From: Paraspadella gotoi
Taxonomy: Eukaryota; Animalia; Chaetognatha
Direction of reading: 5' to 3'
Length of the DNA: 64,000 bases
Assembly (NCBI GenBank): GCA_051294375.1
Contig: CM119269.1
Location: 18,240,410 to 18,304,409, forward strand
Shown here piece after piece: positions 54,550 to 64,000 of the stretch (position 1 is its first letter; each line of letters opens with the position of its first letter). Under the pieces are notes generated by a model. It had not been told where the DNA came from, made no database searches, and saw only the letters and a program-made list of their open reading frames with translations. Position numbers and translations under genes: made by a program.

Positions 54550-54984
54550 AAAAATACTTGAAATCTAAAGATGCAATTATATCAACAATGAATTAACAAT
54601 CAGGAAACGGAGAGTCAATTCACCGGCCGAACTCAACAACCATCACTGAATCTTCTCGACGCAGAACAACAACAACAACAACAACAACAACAACTACAAC
54701 AACAACAACTACAACAACTACAACAACAACGCCCCATTGTTTGAATCTTCGTCCGCAAATTCCATTCTTCTCTCGCCGTTTGGTTCCCTTTTTTTTCCCC
54801 CGCTCTATCACTGTTATTCCTTTGAGGCGAAAAAGATTGTTGTTCTCTTCTTTCCATGTGTCTGCCTTCTATGGTGCGATGATGTCCCTTGATGGACGAA
54901 ATCATTAATCCTTTCATCAAAAAATTTTCTTTGTCATGAATCTCCGGCGACGTTTTGGGTCTCCTTTCATATGCCGCAAACAAA

Positions 54985-55020
<36 letters not shown>

Positions 55021-58000
55021 NNNNNNNNNNNNNNNNNNNNNNNNNTGTTCGATTCCAAACGTGTATGCAAATCAACATCAAGTTGTTTTAAGAAAACACT
55101 TATAAAATTCACACCAAAATACATTTTAAACTAGCGCATATTAAAGATTCTCCTAAAGTCGAGTTAAGTTTCCAACACGTTAATAAGATGGTTAATACAA
55201 TCTTAAAAATCGTGTGATATTCTCCGTGTTATGAGAAGGAATTGAAGAGCGATGAGAGAGAGAGGAGAGAGAAGAGAGAGAAGAGATGAGAGAGAGGAGA
55301 GAGAGAGAGAGAGAGATCGAGAGAGAGAGAAGGAGAGAGAGTGAACATTTATTTTCTTTCTTCCTGTGTAATCGTGAGATTTTAAAATAATGTTTTCTTT
55401 ATAAACTACATCACACTTGTTTGTAGTTTCCATATTTTCTATTACCTCTTTCAGGCCGTGACTCCTTTTTCTGTCTCCGTGTCCCTTTTTCTGTCCCTTG
55501 ACCCCTTTTTCTTTCGTCGGATTTATCCCTTTTATCCTCCTTCGCGCACAACTTGTAGTCGCGCTGTTTATTCCGCCATTGTTGGCGTCGCGGCAGCTGA
55601 GGCTCACTGGTAGATGGCGTTTGCAGATACTTTCGTTAACGGAATTTATGGGTATCGTTTCCTGAAATCATTTTATTTTGCGAAAATTTTGGAATTAGGT
55701 TTGTGCGTGAATAGAATTTCTACTTTTAGTAGTTGCTATCTTTGGATGTCCACAGAGAGCCTTTTAATGCCGTTCGTAAACTCCTCAGTAGATGTCACCC
55801 TTGGTGAAGAGGGAAAAAAAAAGACCATCAGAGATCGGAATCATTTTTTTCCCTTTTTTTCTTTTCTCCCCCCTCCACGCCCTGGGGGGGGGCGATCTGG
55901 ATATATGGGTGGGATGATGATTGTTGGGCGATCGCGGTGGAGGGGGGCTGATTTCTGCTCTCAATGGTTTCCTCTCTTTATCTTTTTTTTCTCCTCTTTT
56001 TCTTTCAGTCTGTCTTCTGCTCAGTCTGTCTCGCTCTCTTCCTCGTTTTCACACCCTTTTTCTGCCTGCTCTATTCCTAATACTTTCTCTCGCTCTCTCT
56101 CTGTCTCTCTCTCTTTCTTTCTCTCTCTCTCTNNNNNNNNNNNNNNNNNNNNNNNNNNNNNNNNNNNNNNNNNNNNNNNNNNNNNNNNNNNNNNNNNNNN
56201 NNNNNNNNNNNNNNNNNNNNNNNNNNNNNNNNNNNNNNNNNNNNNNNNNNNNNNNNNNNNNNNNNNNNNNNNNNNNNNNNNNNNNNNNNNNNNNNNNNNN
56301 NNNNNNNNNNNNNNNNNNNNNNNNNNNNNNNNNNNNNNNNNNNNNNNNNNNNNNNNNNNNNNNNNNNNNNNNNNNNNNNNNNNNNNNNNNNNNNNNNNNN
56401 NNNNNNNNNNNNNNNNNNNNNNNNNNNNNNNNNNNNNTCCGAAGCGAGGGAAGGATTTTTGGCCTCTGGTTTCCATGGCAACCAGGAAACGAAATCCCCT
56501 CGAAAAAAGAAACCCCAAAGAGCGNNNNNNNNNNNNNNNNNNNNNNNNNNNNNNNNNNNNNNNNNNNNNNNNNNNNNNNNNNNNNNNNNNNNNNNNNNNN
56601 NNNNNNNNNNNNNNNNNNNNNNNNNNNNNNNNNNNNNNNNNNNNNNNNNNNNNNNNNNNNNNNNNNNNNNNNNNNNNNNNNNNNNNNNNNNNNNNNNNNN
56701 NNNNNNNNNNNNNNNNNNNNNNNNNNNNNNNNNNNNNNNNNNNNNNNNNNNNNNNNNNNNNNNNNNNNNNNNNNNNNNNNNNNNNNNNNNNNNNNNNNNN
56801 NNNNNNNNNNNNNNNNNNNNNNNNNNNNNNNNNNNNNNNNNNNNNNNNNNNNNNNNNNNNNNNNNNNNNNNNNNNNNNNNNNNNNNNNNNNNNTCCATTC
56901 CCCTTTCTATCCCTCTTTCTTTATCCTCCTCCAAAGGAGTAGGGAATTCCTACGCAGCCCTTTGTAATTTTCTTAGGTTTTACTCTTGTCTCGAGAGAAA
57001 GATCAGTTTTAAATATATGGCCATATCTTTCCCGTTATCTATGGGTTTTTTCCCGTTAACTATCCCTCCGCCTTATTTTTGCTGTTTTTTCTTGCGTTTC
57101 CATTTTTCTTTCTTTCTCCCTTTCTTTCTTGTTTTCTTCCTTTCTTTCTTTCTTGTTTTCTTTCTTTCTTTCTCTCTTTTTTTNNNNNNNNNNNNNNNNN
57201 NNNNNNNNNNNNNNNNNNNNNNNNNNNNNNNNNNNNNNNNNNNNNNNNNNNNNNNNNNNNNNNNNNNNNNNNNNNNNNNNNNNNNNNNNNNNNNNNNNNN
57301 NNNNNNNNNNNNNNNNNNNNNNNNNNNNNNNNNNNNNNNNNNNNNNNNNNNNNNNNNNNNNNNNNNNNNNNNNNNNNNNNNNNNNNNNNNNNNNNNNNNN
57401 NNNNNNNNNNNNNNNNNNNNNNNNNNNNNNNNNNNNNNNNNNNNNNNNNNNNNNNNNNNNNNNNNNNNNNNNNNNNNNNNNNNNNNNNNNNNNNNNNNNN
57501 NNNNNNNNNNNNNNNNNNNNNNNNNNNNNNNNNNNNNNNNNNNNNNNNNNNNNNNNNNNNNNNNNNNNNNNNNATATGTGTTTACTTGTGTTTCTTGTTT
57601 TAAATGTCAAAGAAATGTAAAAGGGGAAACGTCGTTCGTCGGCACCTGATGGCGCTAAAGTTCAATTTCTCCTTCCTGCATTTTCTCTTTCTCTTTCTGG
57701 TTTGTTTTGTTTGTTTTGTTTGTTTTGTTTGTTTTGTTTGTTTTGTTTGTTTTGTTTGTTTTGTTTGTTTGTTTTTGTTATGTTTGTTTTATTTGTTTTG
57801 TTTGTTTTATTTGTTTTGTTTGTTTGTTTGTTTTGTTTTCTTTGTTTTGTTTGTTTTCTTAGTTTTGTTTTCTTTGTTTTTTTTGTTTTCTTTGTTTTCT
57901 TTGTTTTGTGTGACATTGACAGTGTGACAGTGACAAACCGTGAGGCGGCGAGATCACAGCACCACGCAGCGTGTCAACGACGGGAAAAGGCGAGAGCGTT

Positions 58001-58277
58001 GGATGGCGCCAGCTGCGCAGAGGCCGTAACCCTGGCAACACTTCGCATAAAATTCAAAATTGGGAATCGCGCGCGAATTCGGGGGGGGGAGGGGGTAGCT
58101 ACGGCGCTGCGGCGGCTGTGGCAGCATCGGAAGCGGCTGAAAGTGACGGAGGCGGCGGTGCTACTTGTCGTGATGAGACGAGAGAAATTTCTCAATGGCG
58201 CGAAAATTACTGGAATTTTCGGGAGTCTCGAGGAAAAGATGGAAAATCGAAAAATCGGAAAAACGGAAATTGGTTGA

Positions 58278-58707
58278 GACGGGGAACTGAGAAGCCACGC
58301 CCCCACAAAATGTCGNNNNNNNNNNNNNNNNNNNNNNNNNNNNNNNNNNNNNNNNNNNNNNNNNNNNNNNNNNNNNNNNNNNNNNNNNNNNNNNNNNNNN
58401 NNNNNNNNNNNNNNNNNNNNNNNNNNNNNNNNNNNNNNNNNNNNNNNNNNNNNNNNNNNNNNNNNNNNNNNNNNNNNNNNNNNNNNNNNNNNNNNNNNNN
58501 NNNNNNNNNNNNNNNNNNNNNNNNNNNNNNNNNNNNNNNNNNNNNNNNNNNNNNNNNNNNNNNNNNNNNNNNNNNNNNNNNNNNNNNNNNNNNNNNNNNN
58601 NNNNNNNNNNNNNNNNNNNNNNAACTGAGAAGCCACGCCCCCACAAAATGTCGGAAATTGGTAGATACGGGGAACTGAGCGGCCACGCCCCCACAAAATG
58701 TCGGAAA
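58278..58707. repeat. ~45-50 bp minisatellite spanning a gap; inverted degraded copies at ~62990-63545
   Basis: Unit ACGGGGAACTGAGAAGCCACGCCCCCACAAAATGTCGGAAATTGGTAGAT on both sides of the N run. Confidence 0.8.
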
Positions 58708-61700
58708 CGAGGTTCACATTGCGACGAGTGAGAATGATACTCGTCGTGAATGTGTTGAACTTTGTCGGCGTCATGAGTTTCGAATTATAGTAGTTTTCTT
58801 AAATTAAATAATAAATTAATCGCTTTTTATGCAAAATAAAAGAGAATGAGCCTTTCCCAGTCTGAGCGTCACCCTTGATTGCTAATCTTGGCATTAACCA
58901 AGAGAGTTTGTCACCATCGAATCGTGCAACGGAACCGATTGCCTTTTCTGGCCAAATGCAATGCCACTCAGCGACGGATGGAGACGTGATCAGTTTTTCC
59001 TTTCCTCACTCTGTCTCTGTCTCTGTCTCCCTCTTCTCTCCCCCCCCCTCTCTATCCCTTCTCTAAACAATCCTTCGACCCTCGAACTTAAAATCGCTCA
59101 AAAATCGAGAGGAAAACTCGGGGTCACTTGGGGTCAAAAGTCAAAAACCCACCCATTGGGGTTATGGGNNNNNNNNNNNNNNNNNNNNNNNNNNNNNNNN
59201 NNNNNNNNNNNNNNNNNNNNNNNNNNNNNNNNNNNNNNNNNNNNNNNNNNNNNNNNNNNNNNNNNNNNNNNNNNNNNNNNNNNNNNNNNNNNNNNNNNNN
59301 NNNNNNNNNNNNNNNNNNNNNNNNNNNNNNNNNNNNNNNNNNNNNNNNNNNNNNNNNNNNNNNNNNNNNNNNNNNNNNNNNNNNNNNNNNNNNNNNNNNN
59401 NNNNNNNNNNNNNNNNNNNNNNNNNNNNNNNNNNNNNNNNNNNNNNNNNNNNNNNNNNNNNNNNNNNNNNNNNCGATTAAGAGGAGTAGAGGGGACGGGG
59501 TTGAGGAGTGAGGAGACTGAGGAGACTGAGGAGTCAATACGTGAGGAGATTCTTTTTCGGATTGTGCTTCGGCGCAGAGGCCAATACGTCGATTGAGAGA
59601 GAAACGTTCATCGTTGAAATGCGCCATCTCTCTCTGTCTTTCTTTTCTTTTTCTTTTCATTATTCAATTAAGGTGACAAAAAAAAGGTTCTACTTGTTCC
59701 TTTTTTTTAAAACTGGAGATCACGGGGAGGACGTAACAAACATTAATAATAAACCTATGAAACAAATTCGGACTACATTTCAATTTTATCATATTCATAA
59801 AATCATTTTTATACTTTCAAGTTTTCAACCATTTCTCTTAAATTATAATTTTTTTTTTTTTTTTTTTCATAATGATAAATCATAATGTATAATCATAATG
59901 ATAGTTATTTACTGTTGTTTTTCATTTGCCAAGTTTCTGTTTATGACTAAAAAAAAAAAAAAAAAAAAAGCAAATTGTCCCTCCCTACGTGTTAAAAGAG
60001 TTAGGAACCATAATTGATAATATTTTACTCTCATGATTTTCATTGATATACATTATACATTTTCCAATTTGGCAATGTCCGCCCATATGGCCTTAATATG
60101 TGTTGAATTTTTATAGTTGCCATTATGTGCAATTAGTCTTGATCCAATTACTCATTTATTGTTTAAATGCCATATGTTTCAAATCGTTTTAATCTTTTAT
60201 CGTCTTAACTGTCCAAATTGTCTCTTTTTATTTCAGAAAAAAAAAAATAAAAGAAAAAAAAAAAAAAAAAAATCTTTTAAAGTCAACTTTTACAAATGGA
60301 TCCGGGTGGGTGAAATGAAAGGTAATAATAATTTTCTCGGTTTAGAGTGAAAACGAAACCAATCGGTTTTCCTGCTGAAGGTCGTGATCGACTCCACTCC
60401 TTCGCCACTTGAATTCCGCCATGCCAACGGGACGACGACGATGACGACGCGACGAACGACGACGACGGACGACGACCGACGACGACGATTGGGGTGGTCT
60501 GGAGGTTGAAGACGTGCAGACGCCTCGTCCCTGTTTCTTTACATTTCTTTCTACGTTCGAAATGACGCAATAAAATGAAATTTTTATCTCAGATAATTTA
60601 CAATGTGTTTTAACGCGTTTTGGACCGGGCTTTCATTTAATTATAATCACGTTTTTCTTCAGAATCGCTGTGAAAAAGTTAATGCATATTTTTTTTTAAA
60701 TTTTCGAGGTGCTCATAAGTGGCAAATAGAGAAGAGTAAGATGTAATTTTGGTAATTTCCGGTATTTGAAGTAATGCCAATTCGCTTTTTCCGAGGAGGG
60801 AGAGTTGGTTAGTAGTGATTGAGAATGACAACGTTTTTGTTGCAACGAACTTATCTTTATAATTGAACAGAATGTTTCGCTTGTTTTAAGCCTTCATCAG
60901 CGTTTTTTTTGTGCGTAACATTCTTGGATATTTATTTATTTATTTTAGGTCAAGAAACACGTTCCCTCCCTTTTGTATTTTCGAAAACGTTTATTTACAT
61001 TGTACTTGTGTATCGGAGAAGAGAAGAAGAAGAGTACAAAAAAAAGCTGTTCTGTCTCCTAAAGGAAGATTGAAGAACGAAAGACGACTCGACAACGAGA
61101 CGAATTGAAAGGCAGAGAGAATGAGAGGATGAAGAAGAAAGGAAAAAATTAGTTTTTACAAGCAAGATATTATGTTGAAAGATTGTTGGTATTTAATTTA
61201 GGTTAGTAGCACAAAAGATCGGTAACGGAGAGTGGCTCGAATTTCTCGGCAATACTGCTTTGACCGCAACAATCACTCGTTTCCTAATATCCCCAAAATG
61301 TAGGAAACACTCAGGGAAACTTGATAGAGAAAAATGGAAAAAAAGGAAGAAATAAAGGTAATAAATGAAAAGAGAAAAAGAAAAGAGGAAAGACAGAGAA
61401 TGAAAGAGAGAGAGATGGCCCCGCATTTCAACGATGAACGTTCTCTCCCTCAATCGACCGTTTATTGGCCTCTGCTCCGCCGTTCGCCCACCGGAAGCAC
61501 AATCCGAAAAAAGAATTGCTCCTCACCTATACCGATGACTCTCAGTCTCCTCACGGTTCCTCACCCTCTCAACCCCGTTCTCCCCCCCTTCTACTCTCAT
61601 CCGCTCCCCTTTTGTTACTTCTCCCCCCCAGAAGAATGATGAATCCTTCTTGGCGCCTCTCGTGGTTTTCCTCCGGTCGGAACCGTATAGTTCGCTATTC

Positions 61701-64000
61701 GCATCTCTTGGCCGAAAGAGTTGTGATTGTTATGTATGGTCTGGTCTCTCTCTCCTTCGTATTATTTTGGGAAACCTTGACAAATCTAACTTCCTCCATA
61801 TTACTCTATCTTTCTCTCCTTTGACATAATTACCCTCGCCTGTAGCCCTCTCTCTCTCTCTCTCTCTCCTCTCTCTCCTGAATCAAATGGACAAATTCAC
61901 CCAACTACCAAACTGTATTAGTTATCATATCACAAGTCTTTGTGGTTAAGAACTCCTTCTCTTCTTCCTTTCTTCACTCAACTCTCTTCACTCTCTCTCT
62001 CTCTCTCTCTCTCCTCCTCCTCTCCTCCTCTCTCCTCTTTTCTCCTCCTCTCCTCTCCATACCCCACCTCAATCTCAGAACCCAGTAACCCTTCCTCGTG
62101 ACCCAAATGAATCCACTATTATTTGTGTCTTCTCTATATCTCCCCATGAGTTGATATGGTGTCGAATTTTTAGTTTGTCCCACGTTATTCTTGGCTACCC
62201 TTTTTTGATCCCCCATTAGTGACCTCCGAGGTTTTATACTCCTCATTCGTATTTTTTGCAATCTGGTTTGAAAGTAATTATTTATTGCAAAGCGCCCAGG
62301 ATTTCTAAAAAGTTCGACGGGGGCGTTTCGCGGAATTTCAAGAGATTAATTTCGGAATTTTGGACTCCTCTGTAGAGTAAGGGGGGGATAGAGAGGGGCG
62401 TGCCTATGCCTTTGCGGTAGTTGGCTCGGGTGGGGAGAGACAGGAACGGGGATGATGACAGTGTTTGATGATCTCCCTAGTGTAGTAGATCAGAGAGGAC
62501 CATACGAAGAATGTAAATGAGGAAAGGAAAAAAAAAAAAGACTGGATCACGTCTCCATTCCGTCGCTTGAGTGGCATTCATTTGGCCAGAAAAGGCATCG
62601 TTTTCCCGTTTCACGATTCGTTATGGTGACAAACCTCTCCTTGGTGTTTAATGCAATATTAGCAATCAAGGGTTGACGCGTCAGACTCGGGGAGAGAAAT
62701 GCCCTGCGTCTTCTTTCTCTTCCAGTCTTGCGCATCTCTAAAAAAGTAGATTAAGTTGTATATTTAAATTTAAGGGAAACATAATATAAACGGAAAAAAT
62801 ATTTGGAATCTCGGAGAAACTCACTGATCGCGCGGAACAAAGATATTAAGAAAACGAGCGATTCACGGATCTAAAAGAGAGATAGAGATTGACAATTTTT
62901 CTCACTTCGATGCGCAATGTGAAACCTCGGTGGTGAATCACGAGACATTTGGTGTGGCTGGCGCGTGGCCGTGGAATGGCTCAGTTCTCCGGAAATAACG
63001 TCATTTCTACCAAATTATCGTACGATGGTTTTTGGGGGGCGTGGGGTCTTTTCTCTCAGTTCCCCGTGCTCCACCTATTTTCTATTAAAGCATATTGTGA
63101 CAAGGAAAGAGAGGAAAAGGAGAAAACCCACGATAGTAGATGGGTCGAAAAAGAGGGAACGATGGAAGCGGATTTCTCTCAGTTTCTTCGCAACAGATGG
63201 CGAATATCGCACCAATATTCCCAGACATGTGGTTGTGAGGGGGCAGGTAGGACCGGACTTCTCAAGTTCCCCCATGGGTGCGTCAACGCAATTCCGACAT
63301 TTTGTGGCGAGGCGTGGCCGCGGACTCAGCATGTCCCGCCGTAGTCTCACCAGGAGGATTTCCAACATTTTGTGGAGGGGCGACGTGGTCTTCTCAGTTT
63401 ACGCTTTCGTCTTCTCACCTTAAGGAAGTTTTTCCAAAAAAACATTTTTGTGGGGTAGTCCTGCGTTGGCTCTTTTTCTCAGTTCCCCGAACTCCTTACC
63501 AATTTCCGACAATTAATTTTGTGGGGGCGTGGCTTCTCAGTTCCCCGTCTTCACCAATTTCCCGTTTTTTTTGTTTGTCCGATTTTATTTCAAGGATTTT
63601 CATCTTTCCGGGGATCTGAGACTCACTCACAAGAAAATATTTCAAATACCGGGGATGTAATTTTCGCAGCCATGAGAGAAATTTCTCTCGTTCTCATTCA
63701 CGGACATAGTAGCACCGCCGGCCGTGCCGTCACTTTCATACCGACTTTCCGCGATTGCTGGTGGGACCAAAGCAGAGACCGCGAACTCCGCAGGATCGTT
63801 CAGAAACCGTTAGACCTAACGTTTTTCCCAATCCCGGGGCAAGGCATTTTCGCCCTTACTTGCTCCCCCTCCCCGAATTCTATGCTGACGTCCATTGCGA
63901 TTCCCATTTTGATTATTTTTTATTATGCGAAAATGTTGTTTGTCAAGGTGCTTCACGGCCTTTAAAACTCTTTCTGCGCAGGCCTGAATCGCGCACAAGG

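Noticed and set aside
53469-59660. Long ORFs up to 442 aa in the ORF track
   Set aside because: They run through N gaps and microsatellites and are not real coding sequence.

Overview
Eukaryotic genomic DNA, almost certainly from an invertebrate animal, in a noisy gap-filled draft assembly. The first ~28 kb is a compact gene block with many short (50-100 nt) introns. It holds (1) a 9-exon, minus-strand type III polyketide synthase (chalcone-synthase fold, Cys-His-Asn triad) resembling brown-algal PKS1 / Mycobacterium PKS18, which is very unexpected in an animal; (2) directly upstream of it, a 6-exon multi-cysteine-cluster Toll-like receptor of ~1057 aa; (3) an unidentified multi-exon gene; (4) an ALDH1/2-class aldehyde dehydrogenase; and (5) a tRNA-Asn(GTT). 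The remaining ~36 kb has no recognisable genes. It is dominated by microsatellites, N gaps (many exactly 25 N) and kb-scale inverted or direct duplicates in which one copy is indel-riddled, most simply explained as long-read/WGA chimera and gap-overfill artefacts. The top candidate for novelty is the intron-bearing, apparently host-integrated type III PKS next to the TLR. All family assignments come from manual translation and recalled motifs; no database search was run.
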